A stretch of 64,000 bases of DNA from Eledone cirrhosa (GCA_964016885.1 OZ024741.1:68448001-68512000), one strand, 5' to 3'; numbered from the stretch's first letter, positions 1-14,149 are shown. Translations and numbers: made by a program. The notes: generated from the sequence alone by a model not told the origin.

Positions 1-2396
1 TCACTACTACCACCACCACCATCACAACTACCACCTCTACCATCACTACTACCACCACCACCATCACTACTACCATCACCACCATCACTACTACCACCAC
101 CACCATCACTACTACCACCACCACCATCACTACTACCATCACCACCATCACTACTACCACCACCACCATCACTACTACCATCACCACCATCACAATACCG
201 TCACCACCATCACTACTACCACCACCATCACTACTACCACCACCACCATCACTACTACCACTACCACCATCACTATACCATCACCACCATCACTACTACC
301 ACCTCCACCATCACTACTACCACCTCCAGCATCACTACTACCACCAACACCATCACTACTACCACCACCACCATCACAATACCATCACCACCATCACTAC
401 TACCACCACCACCATCACTACTACCACCACCACCATCACTACTACCACCACCACCATCACTACTACCACCACCACCATCACTACTACCACCACCACCATC
501 ACTTCTACCACCACCACCATCACAATACCATCACCACCATTACTACTACCACCACCACCATCACTACTACCACCACCACCATCACTACTACCACCACCAC
601 CATCACTACTACGACCACCACCATCACAATACCATCACCACCATCACTACTACCACCACCACCATCACTACTACCACCACCACCATCACAATACCACCAC
701 CACCATCACTACTACCACCACCACCATCACTACTACCACCACCACCATCACAATACCATCACCACCATCACTACTACCACCACCACCATCACAATACCAT
801 CACCACCATCACTACTACCACCACCACCATCACTACTACCACCACCACCTTCACAATACCACCACCTCCATCACTACTACCACCACCACCATCACTACTA
901 CCACCACCACCATCACAATACCACCACCACCATCACTACTACCACCACCACCATCACAACTACCACCACCACCATCACTACTACCACCACCACCATCACT
1001 ACTACCACCACCACCATCACTACTACCACCACCACCATCACAATACCACCACCACCATCACTACTACCATCACCACCATCACAACTACCATCACCACCAT
1101 CACAACTACCACCATCACCATCACTACTACCACCACCACCACCATCACAATACCACCACCACCATCACTACTACCACCACCACCATCACAACTACCACCA
1201 CCACCATCACAACTACCACCACCACCATCACTACTACCACCACCTCCATCAAAACTACGATCACCACCATCACTACTACCATCACCACCATCACAACTAC
1301 CACCACCACCACCATCACAACTACCACCACCACCATCACTACTACCACCACCACCATCAAAACTACCATCACCACCATCACAACTACCACCACCACCACC
1401 ATCACAACTACCACCACCACCACCATCACTACTACCACCACCACCATCACTATTACCACCACCACCATCACTACTACCACCACCACCATCACTACTACCA
1501 CCACCACCACCATCACTACTACCACCACCACCATCACTACTACCACCACCACCATCACTACTACAACCACCACCATCACTACTACCACCACCACCATCAC
1601 TACTACCACCACCACCACCACTACTACCACCACCACCATCACTACTACCACCACCACCATCACTATTACCATCACCACCATCATTATCACGGCTACCCCT
1701 TCACTACCACTACGACCACCACCACCACTACTACCACCACCACCATCACTACTACCATCACCACCATCACCATTACCACCACCACCATCACTACTACCAC
1801 CACCACCATCACTACTACCATCACCACCATCACCACTACCACCACCACCATCACTACTACCACCACCACCATCACTATTACCACCACCACCATCACTACT
1901 ACCACCACCACCATCACTACTACCATCACCACCATCACTACTACCATCACCACCATCACCACTACCACCACCACCATCACTACTACCACCACCACCATCA
2001 CTACTACCATCACCACCATCACTACTACCATCACCACCATCACCACTACCACCACCACCATCACTACTACCACCACCACCATCAAAACTACCATCACCAC
2101 CATCACTACTACCATCACCACCATCACTATTACCACCACCACCATCACTACTACCACCACCACCATCACTACTACCACCACCACCATCACTACTACCACC
2201 ACCACCATCACTACTACCATCACCACCATCACCATTACCACCACCACCATCACTACTACCACCACCACCATCACTACTACCATCACCACCATCACCACTA
2301 CCACCACCACCATCACTATTACCGCCGCCACCATCATTATCACGGCTACTCCCACACCACCACTACCATCACCAACACCACAACTATCATCATCAT
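1..2396. repeat. (ACC/ACT/ATC) trinucleotide-derived minisatellite with an ~21-bp higher-order unit
   Basis: Recurrent accaccaccatcactactacc units; the poly-Val/Met ORFs are read-through of this repeat. Confidence 0.95.
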
Positions 2397-2523
2397 TAAA
2401 AAAGAATTCGTTTCACAAAACCTTCATCCACATTAGATGTGAAGTCGACACTTCTTCCATTATCGAAGAAAATACGGAAACAAAACAAAAAAATGAAAAC
2501 CAAAAATAAAACAAAGGTCATTG

Positions 2524-2614
<91 letters not shown>

Positions 2615-2950
2615 CCTACTTGGACCTATAACCATGCACTAATCGTCCCATATCCGTCACTAATGTCTCGGAATCCAATGCAGTGAGTGTTTGGTTTTAT
2701 TATTTCAGTAATATATCTTTGCTAATTACTATTACGCTTTCCCCCCTAACTTCCTTATCTTCATTATATGTGATGTGGTGGCCTTGATGCCATTTACTTT
2801 CCATATCCTTTATCAGTGTTGTATCCTGGAATCATTGGTTGTTTCGAGTCTTACATGAACCCTCATCCAGGGGACGCGACGGAGGTCCATCAAGCACAAG
2901 TCTATGTCCAAGTAGTATACATACTACTGAATCCAATCTCTCTCCCTCTC

Positions 2951-3030
<80 letters not shown>

Positions 3031-3031
<1 letters not shown>

Positions 3032-3221
3032 GAAAATGTATGACTCCGACGGCAGAGCTCAAGCCGTTTCGACGGCTATTTCTGGACTGAAATAGCCGTC
3101 GAAACGGCTTGAGCTCTGCCGTCGGGGTCTTACATCTTCCTATTACCCACTCTACTACCCCAAGTATTGAGTACTCTGGTGTGTTATGGTCCATCTGGTT
3201 CCTTACCACAACTCCTTCATT
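3031..3221. mobile_element. Fold-back mini-insertion of a PLE 3' terminus (same family as 30914-34240)
   Basis: Near-perfect hairpin 3031-3141 (gacggcagagctcaagccgtttcgacggctattt / aaatagccgtcgaaacggcttgagctctgccgtc), then the family tail; flanked by (TA)n. Confidence 0.85.
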
Positions 3222-3392
3222 ATATATATATATATATGTATATATATACATATATATGATATGTATGTAGATCCTTAGACACGTCATTGGTGTCCTGTTC
3301 TGGAGTTACTGGGGGTTTCGAGTCTTACATCCTTATCCAGCTGATCTGAGTGAGGTTCACCAAGCCTGTGTCTGAACCCCGTCTCTCTCTCT

Positions 3393-3470
<78 letters not shown>

Positions 3471-3671
3471 TAAAATTTCATACACTATTTTAATTATATT
3501 AAATAAGCTGTCTTTCAATAGATTCACCATTGTTTGCCATGACTATTATCTACAGATATCCTACACACACATACACACACACATATATATATTCATATAC
3601 ATATGTGTATGTATGTATGTATGTATGTATGTATGTATGTATGTATGTATGTATGTATGTATGTATGTATG

Positions 3672-4760
3672 TGGCCAAAGCCGACCGACTGAAACAAGAT
3701 GGTATGTTTTTTGTCCGGATGTCGGAAGGTCATTTGGTGGTTCGAGAATCGGCTTTTTAAACGGCTCCCAGACATAACTACATAAGTCCAGGCTTTAGGT
3801 GATTCTGGTTGGTGGGGGTGACTTCTGCTTCATATATTACCGCTGGAGTATTGCACTGTTGGTCGAGAGGGCATGCTTCTGGCTTTCTGCATGAGCATCC
3901 GGAAGGTGGAAGGCTCTTGCTTTTATTGGTGATGTTTTTAGTACACGAGTAGCCTATTTTCACTGTGTGGCACCTAACAATTTGCCGGTATTTATGTCCT
4001 ACAGAGAAGTGCAAATCTGAAAGTGCCAGGTATTTTCTACTTTTGTTAGTCTTTACGTTGAGTGCGAAAGGTGGTGGGAACCGCACGACGGCTTTATGCT
4101 TATTTTTCTTTCTTGCTAGATATATGGCGGCGATCTGGAGAGTAAGAGATTTTCTCTGAGAAGCCGCTGCTGCTTAGGGCTGCGTTGCAGTAGGGGCCCT
4201 CCCTGTCGAAGATAACTTTTCTAGAAGTTAGTTTGGATACCCTCTTACTTATTGATGATATATATGAAGAGACTATAGGGGGGTGACTAGAACCCTTATG
4301 ATGTACCTAAGTTTTTCACTGGGTTTGTGAAAGTGTCTGTATGTGCGTGCGCGTAGGTCTAGATGAAAATGTAAAACTATTTTTAAGATTAAAAGTTTGG
4401 TCATCATCAAACTGAATTCCGAGCCCTCCGTTATATATTCACAAATTCTGCAAGTAGGTTTTCCACATTTTGCAATTTAAGGTTTGGGAATCTATTTGTG
4501 AATTTTTACACTTGTGAGAAATTAAAGCAAATTTTCGTTGTTGTTTGCTCATTATAGTTTGTTGATTCTCCAAGATTCTTTTCATATTTTTTTTAACCAT
4601 TATAAATAATGGATAGATTCCTGTGAATATGATTATAGATTTCAATATTCCTCGGATTGTATGTTTATATGAATGGAAGTATTTTCTTTGGCTTTATTTT
4701 TACCCTCCATAAGTCAGGAATATTTATATTTTTCGCTCTTTTCACTAATTTTAGGAAATT
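3672..4760 (-). mobile_element. Degenerate Penelope-like element fragment (RT thumb/linker and start of GIY-YIG)
   Basis: ORF 3778-4086 has RFPPPF..TVKIGYSC..CSCRKPEACPLDQQC..VIYEA, paralogous to WFNPP..TIKLSYS..CNC..CPL..C..VIYQ in the 32204 PLE. Confidence 0.75.
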
Positions 4761-5774
4761 TTCAGAGGATTAAGATAGTTTATAATTCTGTCAGTGTTGG
4801 TCTCGTATTGTTGGCTTGGAAACAATTGTGCATATTTATTTCACCAAAGTAAAAAGAATAAACACTCGTGTATGTTTAGGATTGCAGGATGTGAATAATA
4901 AATATTGTTTTGTCTGTGGGTTTATAACAGTTATCCATTTCTATCCGTATAGCTATTATCGTTATTAAAATATCCCAAACAGGAGTTCTTCTTTGCTAAA
5001 TTCCATTGTGAACCGACTATCCGTATTTACTGCATCTTTGATATTCGTAAGCTTCTCAAGTTTATCTACAGTTTTGTCACACAGGATTCAACAGCCATAC
5101 GAAACCGTTTCCTTTTAGATATCAACAAAAATTGACTCCAAAATGTTTTAGTGACTTTTCATAAATTTTCTTAACTAGATTTGCTTATGTTGGGGTTACT
5201 GAAGTACCCATGGCTGTTTTTACCACTCAAAAATGTTTTTAATTTTCAAGAAATTTATCATAAGGATTTGATTTCTCTACCACAGACTGAGAGGGAAAGA
5301 GAACGAGAATACATACCGAAGATAAGCATTGAAGTCGCGAAGAGATTCACGAGATTTATATGATAACCACTATGGCGGAATGGAAAATGGTAAGCCATAC
5401 AATATATATATATTTATATATGTGTATACTACACCACCCATGACCCGTCGGGTCACGTTTACTAAAAACATTTTAAAAAAATCATATTCACTTAAAAATA
5501 ATTTTTAAATGTATAAAATATACACAGACATGATTCTCTTTTAACCTACACTCTCACAAACACTACTTCTTTCTCTCTATCTTTCTCCATTTATGAAGGT
5601 ATCTGAAAAAAACCCGTATCTCGGGAACCCGTGCTCCTATTTATGTGAAACCTGCTTTATTCCATTTGTATCCCCATTTGAGGGTCAACTTCCTTTCAAA
5701 GTATTTTCCCATTATGCGCCGTTTTGGCTGTATTAAATTACAGACAAGACACAATCACAGAGTTTTAGTAGTAT

Positions 5775-5843
<69 letters not shown>

Positions 5844-5944
5844 CACTGTGTATGTACAAACACACACACGCACTAACTTACGAACATATAGTTATACATG
5901 ACACTGGTAGATATCTGTCACCTCCATTTTACAACATTCTTGGG

Positions 5945-6232
5945 TCAGTATGAAAACTGGCATTCCGTCGGTTACGACGACGAGTGTTCCAGTTGATACG
6001 ATCAACGGAACAGCCTGCTCGTGAAATTAACGTGCAAGTGACTGAGCATTCCACAGGCGCGCGTAATACAGAATGAGACAAAGCTGGTCCTTCGAATTAC
6101 ATGTACAACTCATCTTCGCCAGCTGAGTGAACTAGAGCAACGTGAAATAAAGTGTCTTGCTTAAGGACAAAACGTGCCGCCGTGAATCGAACTCACGACC
6201 TTACGATTGGGAGCCGAATACCCTAACCACAT
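5945..6232 (-). mobile_element. tRNA-derived SINE (cephalopod-type central domain, tentative)
   Basis: Minus strand has a tRNA-like head (gtggttagggtattcggctc..gagttcgattc), then tccttaagcaagacactttatttcac; same head as 15600 and 23782. Confidence 0.7.
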
Positions 6233-6503
6233 CTTGGCTCAGTACGTGACTCTCATATAAGATTTTGTGGGTACCGCAGATAGGTTGCATCGTGTTTTGT
6301 TAAAAAAATGAGGTGTTACTTGTACATGATTAGATACGTCTTGTATCTCTTCTGTAATTTGTCTTTACATTATTTTAAACTTTTATATACATACATAAAT
6401 ACACACATAAATATATACATATCTATCTATCTGTCTGTCCGTCCGTCCCTCCGTGTGTCTGTGTCTGAAATAAAGAAACACATCTATCTATCTATCTATC
6501 TAT

Positions 6504-9500
6504 AAGGACTTTTTAAGTTGTCCAAAAATGCGCATGGTTGGCTATTCAGACCACAAGTTAGTGACCTGCATGATCAACCTTGACAGAACTCATAGACAGG
6601 GACCCGGTTACTGGAAGCTCAACTTGTCCTTACCGGCAAGTAAAGCTTACAGGGACCGGATTAGCACTTTAGTTAAGGAGCGGTTGACGGGCGCCATCGT
6701 TAACAGCAGGTGGTGGGGATCTCTCAAAAGAGAGATTAGAGTAGTCTCTATAGAATTTAGTAAGGAGTTAGCCTCCAATAGAAATAGGAAGGAAAGGGAG
6801 TTGGTAGATAGTGTAGAAGAGGCAATTAGAAGCGGCGACGTGGCCAGAGTGCTAGCGTCGAGAACGGCCCTGGGCCAGTTCTTCGACGCGAAACACGAAG
6901 GCTGCATCGTCCGAAGCAAAATACGTGCTCTGGGAAACGAGGGGACCAAAGCTGTTAGCTGGGCCCGCGTGACAGAAGCCAAAAGAGGGAGCAGATCCAC
7001 TATCCGGTCTTCGCGAGACCAGGATGGACGGGTGATCCTTGAACCTAAGCAGATGTGCGAGGCTTTTCAAAAGCACTTTGCCGGATTGTTCGGAGGGGGC
7101 GGGGGGGCCGGTTGGGGACGTGGACTTCGGTCCATACCTCGACGGCCTGCCGCGTCTCTCGGACAGGGAGGCGAAGTCCTGCGAGGAGCCGATTTCAGCC
7201 GCTGAGATAGAGGACGTGCTGAGCCAATGCGGCAAACGCAAATCCCCGGGTCTCGATGGTCTTCCATACGAACTATATCTAGCTATGCCGGACTTGTTCC
7301 CCGATCTCCTCGAGGCGGTTTACTGCAACTGGCAACAGAACGGGAGAATTCCCTGTGCTGTGACCAAGGGCGTAGTCACGCTAGTGAGGAAGGACGAGAA
7401 CAAGGGGGACGATATAAATAATTTCAGGCCCATAACTCTGCTAAATACAGAGTTACAGATTTTGGCCAAGGTGCTAGCAAAGAGGTTGGCGCTTGTCGTG
7501 GGCAACCTGGTGGGGGATGCGCAGACATGTGCTATCCCGTCCAGGTCCATCCACGATAACCTCCACCTCATGCGATACATCATAGAGAGGGTTGGGAACG
7601 AACCCGGCTTTGGTGGGGCCCTGATCAAATTGGATCAATATAAGGCATTCGATAGGGTCGACCATGGTTACCTGGATGCGGTGCTAGCGGCGGCAGGCTT
7701 CGGACCCGTTTTCAGGGGCTGGATCAATGCCATGCACAGCAGCCGCATCTGCTCTAGGGTCAAGGTGAACGGCTACCTCTCGGAGCCGTTCGAAATCGCG
7801 CGGTCCATCCGACAGGGGTGCCCTCTCTCCTCCCTTCTGTATGTAATGACTCTAGAGCCACTGCTGCGGAAGTTGGAGTTGTTGCAGGGCATCCCGTTGG
7901 AACCGGGATTGCGGAAAGCGGTGTCAGCCTACGCCGATGACGTAACAGTAATGGTGTCGACGGCCTCGGAAATCGGGGCGATCGACACCTTACTGGAGGA
8001 GTACGAAAGGTTTACAGGGGCTAAGCTGAACCGGGACAAGTCGATCAGTCTGCAACTCGGCACGTGGAGGGGCAGATCGATGCCCTCCGATGGCGTCGTC
8101 GGGCGCTGAACGGAGGGCCCGGTGAAGTTGCTCGGGGTCTGGTTCGGACCAGACCTCCAGGTGGAGAAGAACTGGGGTGAGGTGACGAACAGGGTGTTTG
8201 CACTGACCCAGAAGTGGGCCGAGTGCAAACTGTCCCTGAAAGGTCGGGCGGAGGTTGCGAACACTTATATAGCGTCCGTCATCTACTACCGCCTGACCGT
8301 TGTGACTTGCCCAAGGGAAACGCTCGCCAAAATGGAGCGCGCACTCTTCCAATTCCTTTGGAAGAAGCGGGCTCCTATGGTGAGGAGATCCATCTGCTGT
8401 CAACACCCTTCGAAAGGAGGGCTGGGGATGCCGTGGCTAATGATACGTAAACACGCATTAAGGCTACGGCACCTTCAGGTATTCCTCTCCGGTCAACCGG
8501 TGTGGGCCCCGTTTGTGAGGCGAGCCTTTCCCAGACTCATCTCACTCACCGAGCTGCAATCCTGGGTCAAGCAAAGACCGAGAAAACTGGGCGCCTGGCA
8601 CACCGAGTGTGCCCAGGCGCTCACGGCTCTCTGGCAGGCGGACCCGGCTGTCAGTGGAGAATCCACCTCGTCATTCTATAGAGGGCTGGTGGTTAGCAGG
8701 TGCGACGACGCCCTCGGAGAAGCCCTAGGCATGGAGGAAGACGAACTGGCCAACCTGTTCGGTAGGACATTCAGCCCGGGACCCATGGATAACTTCCAGA
8801 GGTCCCTGGCCTGGCAATGCTACAGAAGGGCTCTGCCCGTTTGAGAAAGGCTCTACAGACACGGGCGCCCGGGTAGGGACCCATCGAAAAAGATCTGTCC
8901 CAGATGCGTGTGCGACGAGGAAACCGTTGCACACGCATTGGTACACTGCTCGAGCATTGCCGATCTGTGGGGCTATGTCGAACAACTGCTGTCAAGGGTG
9001 GGACCGATCCGGTTGACCACCGAGTCTATTGTAACGATCAAGCCGCCTCCCCTCTTCAAAAACAAAGGAGAGGAGGTGTTTCTGTGCGTAATAGCCATGG
9101 CGAAAGAGTTTGTATGGTGGACGCGTCTGAAAGGACTGAGGTCAGACACCTTTCTCTCTGGCCAACAACTGGTCCGTTTCTTCCGATATCATTTCGGAAG
9201 AAGGATCAGGATGGAGAGAGAGGTGCTGCTCCCCAGCCGTTTTTATGAAAGATGGGTGAAAGTGGCGAGAATGGCCCGTGTGAATGGGCCTTCACTCTAC
9301 ATCAGACTATAGGTGAGGAAGATGAAAGACCAAGGGAGCACCCCTTCTCTGTGCTCCTGAGGAGAAGGGTTGCACACTTTTTTCGGGGGTGTGTGCGACT
9401 TCCCAAGGCGCCTCCTCTCTATTGAGGACTTTGTTATAAATTTTATTTTTGTTATATTTTATTTTATTTTTATATATTGTTATTGCCTCCTCCTTATTGA

Positions 9501-9575
9501 GGACGCCTTGTTTTGTAAACTCCCCCCATTGTACTTGTCCCACTTTTGATGCCCTGGTGGCAAATAAAAGAAACA
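6504..9575 (+). mobile_element. 5'-truncated, inactivated L1/Tx1-clade LINE ORF2 (end of APE endonuclease, RT, C-terminal CCHC) plus 3' UTR
   Basis: YSDHKLV..GPGYWKLN; KSPGLDGLP, NFRPITLLN, KAFDRVDH, RQGCPLS, YADD; CPRC..ETVAHALVHC. Frameshift near 7100 and TGA stops at 8107 and 8842. Flanked both sides by (TATC)n. Confidence 0.93.
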
Positions 9576-9631
<56 letters not shown>

Positions 9632-9729
9632 ATCAATACGACCTAATTCCACAATACCAGTAATTTCAAGTTGAAACCACATATATGTCATCAGATGCAT
9701 TGGAGAAATGTAAATCAAAATTGGCAAAG

Positions 9730-10778
9730 GAAATTTGAGCAAGTTGGCATAATACTCTCCCTTGAGGGTGTGGTCCTTTTGAAGATAGTCGATAAACAGA
9801 ACACCTTTTGCATCCCAAAACACTAAGGCCATCACCTTCCTTGCAGATGAAGTGAATTGGCAGTATCGGTAGAGCGTCAGATACCATGCTTTTCAGCATA
9901 GAGTTACGACCCTTTACATTCTGTGTTCAAATCCCGCCGAGATTAGCTTTGCCTTTCATCCTTATGGGGCCGATAAAATAAAGTACTAGTAACGCACTGG
10001 GGTCGATTTAATCGACTCTCCCCTTCCCTCCCTTTCAAATTGCTGGCCTTGCGCCTAAAGTAGAAACAATTATTCTTTTTTGGAGTAGGTGAGGAGAGGT
10101 GTTTCCACTGCATAGATTGTCTCTTTGTCTCTGGCTCTAAGTGATGAACCCAACACTCATCCTGGTTTAGGAAACGTTCAAGGAAACCAACTGGATCTGT
10201 CTCAAACAATGCCAGATTTTCCTGAGATGTGATGAACCTGGTCCGCTTTTGATCAGAAGACGTGGCACTCGCCGAGTAGAAACCTTCGTCATGCCAAGTT
10301 CATGGCGTAGAATATTCTCAACTCTTTCACAGAATATGCTAATAGCATTGGCTATTTGATTTATAGTCAATCGCCTGTCATCTATCAACATGTGGTGAAC
10401 ACGATGAATGTTTTCCTCACTGGTGGTAGTTGCAGGACGTCCAGACCTTGGATCACCTTCAAGACTCTCCCTTTCCATCCTAACTTCAGTTGCCCACCTT
10501 TTCGCTGTTGATAAAGTTAGAGTGTCATCATCTAATGTAGTAACCATGTTAGCATGAATGTCCTTGGGGGCTAAACCCTTTTTCTGCAAGTACTTGATAA
10601 CACCACGATGCCAAATTCTATCCATTTTCAAGAGAAGTCGCTACTAGTTACTCTCGAAGCTTTCTTTGACTAGTCAGATGTCAGTTTACTTGGAAAGAAA
10701 CAATGCCGCCGTTTAGAAGAGTTGAAATTATTGCATGCAAGCTTCCACAGTCTATGCACTTTTCAGCCCACTCTCGTA
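9730..10778 (-). mobile_element. Mariner transposon remnant with one terminal repeat, interrupted by a SINE
   Basis: DPRSGRP, DDRRLTI, RRVPRLL (WVPxxL), DECWVHH, VFWDAKGV. Terminal sequence tacgagagtgggctgaaaagt at ~10758-10778; similar ends at ~49995 and ~54542. Confidence 0.88.
9845..10075 (+). mobile_element. tRNA-derived SINE with Nin/Deu-like central domain, nested in the mariner
   Basis: tggcagtatcggtagagcg..gttcaaatccc (A/B boxes) plus gcctttcatcctt..ggg.cgataaaataaagtac; many copies in this window. Confidence 0.8.
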
Positions 10779-10897
10779 TATGTATATATATATATATATA
10801 TAGAGTCCGATTTTTCTATAAGTTGTTTTCTATAAGTTGTTTTAGAAAGTCCTTATTCCTAGGTATTAATATATTGTTTATTTATTAATATATTGTA

Positions 10898-11760
10898 TAC
10901 TAGCAGTAAAACCCGGCGTTGCTCGGGGTCGCTCAGTAGCTGTGTTAAAGTTACAATGTTAAGTTTCTTTTTTGGCTTAAAAACTGTAGTGTCTACTGTG
11001 CAGACTTGCATGTGGTGTTTTTGATTAATATTCCCTCAACCAACAATATGCCTTATGAAGTTAAGAAAACATAACGATAACCCGAATGTTATAACAAAAG
11101 AGGAAATATTTGCTTGTTTTATGTAGTCTTTAAATAGACTTGTTTTCAAGTAAAAATATTGTTTTAAAAGGCTTTTAAATGGAAATGAAGCCAAACGGAA
11201 GCTTAGTGTTCGAACTGATGAATTTTGCAGGTCAAAATTTTGCTGGCTCGACAACTGTTCGTGTATTGTGTTAATGTCATTTTAAACGCTGAGAAAGCCA
11301 GCGTAATTTTTTTAATTTTTGCACGCAGAAAATGTAAACAGAACGTAAGACGCTCAATGTAAACAGAACAAAGGGAAATAACTCGTCACTTACGCTCAAA
11401 AATCGATACATTAGATTCGATTTCGTCACATAGGGTGGGTCAATTTGAAATATTTTTTTTCCGATGTCTTCGCTAGGGCTCAATGTACAAGTATAGCAAT
11501 TTCGGTGCAATTCCGTCAGAGATTCTAAGAGGAGATATGTGCCAAAAATCGATAGACAGACAGACAACCACAGCTTTATATATATAGATGACATAATCAA
11601 AAACAAGAACTTATTTGAAAATTTATTTGACCGATGGTTCCGCCGGATCTTCATCTATAAGTGTAGCAATTTCACCGAAATTTGAACGTACGGTTTAAGA
11701 GGAGATGTGTGCCGAAGGTTTTAGTAGACAGACAGACAACCTCAGTTTTATATATATAGA
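10898..11760 (+). mobile_element. Helitron/Helentron-like non-autonomous element (DINE-1/Lep1-like ends)
   Basis: Starts tactagcagtaaaacccggcgttgctcggg; two successive ends of the form (acag)n-acaacc..cag.tttatatatataga at ~11588 and ~11760. Confidence 0.55.
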
Positions 11761-11826
11761 TTTACTCCACTAATCTGTTGAGTGTTTTATATCAGTTATA
11801 ATATTTTTTAAATTAAATATAACCTC

Positions 11827-11864
<38 letters not shown>

Positions 11865-12052
11865 GATAAATCTACCAAAATATACGGTAGTGTCCAATCC
11901 GTATGAAGAACTCAATGTAATCCAAATATCATGAAAAGAGAAGATGCATTCGAACATTTTCGATGAAAATCACAGGAAAACAGAGTCAAGATAAATTAAT
12001 AAAAACAATGAATAAAAACAAAGAACAAGTTCCTTATATTAAAATATTCATC

Positions 12053-12178
12053 ATTTTACGATCGTTTCTAGGATATATATGTGTGTTGGTATGTATATCA
12101 TATAGATCTATGTAAAAATTTTACAAACTATCAGAGGAAATATACATACCTTCACATATATATGATGTCTTCAGAAAT
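12053..12178 (-). ncRNA. Type I hammerhead ribozyme fold, long helix II (left arm of fold-back 11862-12490)
   Basis: Reverse complement of the 12303-12428 motif with one mismatch at the helix II base. Confidence 0.7.
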
Positions 12179-12302
12179 ATATCCTGTCTTCATTATTTCT
12201 GGCCGAGGTTGACTTTGCCTTTCATCCTTACGGGGTCGATAAAATAAAGTACCAGTAATGAACTGGGTAATTGCTGGCCTTGTGCCTAAAGTAGAAACAA
12301 TT

Positions 12303-12428
12303 ATTTCTGAAGACAGCATATATATGTGAAGGTATGTATATTTCCTCTGATAGTTTGTAAATTTTTTACATAGATCTATATGATATACATACCAACACAC
12401 ATATATATCCTAGAAACGATCGTAAAAT
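12303..12428 (+). ncRNA. Type I hammerhead ribozyme fold, long helix II
   Basis: AUUU CUGAAGA [C AG C AUAUAUAUGUG..GGUAUGUAUAU....AUAUACAUACC..CACAUAUAUAU C CU A] GAAA CGAUCG UA AAAU. Confidence 0.8.
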
Positions 12429-12484
12429 GATGAATTTTTTAATATAAGGAACTTGTTCTCTGTTTTTATTCATTGTTTTTATTA

Positions 12485-12541
<57 letters not shown>

Positions 12542-12794
12542 TAAACAAATAATGAATAAAACAATGAAACAGTTCCTTATATTAAACAAAAAAAGTTCAT
12601 AACTTTTTTTGTTTAATATAAGGAACTGTTTCATTGTTTTATTCATTATTTGTTTAATATTTTATCTTGACTCTGTATACCGTTTATCTTTCACCGAAAG
12701 TGATTCTTCATTACATCTCTTCTTTCCATGATATCCGGAATACATTGAGTTCTTCATACGGATTGGACACTACCGTAAACTCTTGGTAGATTTA

Positions 12795-12832
<38 letters not shown>

Positions 12833-13324
12833 GAGGTTATATTTAATTTAAATTTTTTTATATATATATATACATTGTTGCAAAATGCGGTCTTTAACTA
12901 CAATACGACTCCAACAGTCCAAAGTCAGCAGCTAGGAAACAGCAAGCCTGCCAAGGTAGCCAACTTGCTTAGAACGGAAGAAATAAACGCACCAGGTTGG
13001 ATGTCTTGTATAATGTTGTTCTTCGCCGCCCGGGGTCACGCCGACAATTCACATCGCTAACTTTACACCGACTGTCTTTACTATACTTCAGAACGACTGC
13101 TCTCGCTGCCAACCTCATAGCAACTCCCTGCAGTGGTCACACCACCAGTTTAAATATTCTACCTCCAGTAAAACACACATACACAAAAAAAACACAAAAA
13201 AAAAGTGCACCATGCTTGAAACCAGTCACGTGATCCATTCGTTTTTCCTCGCTTTCTTTTGTTGATCTCTGAAGCAGTGTTTCGAATTCAAGTGTTACCA
13301 TTTGCAGCTGATGATTGGCTTCGT

Positions 13325-13362
<38 letters not shown>

Positions 13363-13715
13363 GACGTAAATAAGAAAGTTATGAAAATTGACTTACTAAA
13401 ATTTCACTACATACTAATTTCAGATATACTAATTCTTTATAATTAACTCCATATTATTTGTTGAGCAAAACTTGCCGAAATTACTACTTTGATTAATAGT
13501 AGTGGCTAGGCTCTGTCTTAATAGCACCCCCACTCCTAGCTGATTAAACTCAGTGTCACGTGATTGATTCTTTTGAATTTGCCACTTAACCAAGTAGGCA
13601 GTGAATTTTTCAATGTCTTGGAATCTAGCCCCCGCTCGCTTTTTTCCAACCACTGAATTATTTTTATATAAGTTTCCAGTGTCCCCGCATTGCCTGGAAG
13701 CTTAGCTGAGAATAG

Positions 13716-13796
13716 ACTCCCTAATGACGTAAGGCTTCTCTATGGATACGCTCCGTAACCATATTTATCCCCTTACAGAAACTAATTAGTTGGAGT
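13716..13796 (+). ncRNA. Degenerate type I hammerhead (core CUAAUGA) in repeat 13358-13945
   Basis: ACUCC CUAAUGA C GUAAGG...CCUUAC A GAAA CUAAUUAG UU GGAGU; intact paralog at 34503. Confidence 0.7.
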
Positions 13797-14033
13797 GAAA
13801 TTTTAGTAAGTAAGTCAATTTTCATAACTTTCTTATTTACGTCTTTCATATAATTGTTCTGCATCCCTTGCATAGAACCACAAAGTTACTAAGACAAAAC
13901 ATATATATTTGCTAGCATAGGTATGCATCTGTATACATATATATATATCTGTATATATATATCACCAGTAATACACTGGGATAATTGGTAGTTTTGTGGC
14001 AAAAAGTAGAAACAATTATATATATATATATAT

Positions 14034-14149
<116 letters not shown>

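Noticed and set aside
1145-2355. Poly-Val/Met ORFs
   Set aside because: Stop-free reading of a trinucleotide minisatellite; no protein features.
2815-2915. Hammerhead-like fragments here and near 3290, 27370, 40880 and 62930
   Set aside because: Only GAAAC plus partial helices; I could not close helix I or find an intact core.
8107-8844. Two in-frame TGA codons in the LINE ORF as possible selenocysteine or read-through
   Set aside because: They fall at probable Trp and Arg positions (TGG/CGA to TGA) and the copy also has frameshifts, so simple decay is the better explanation.
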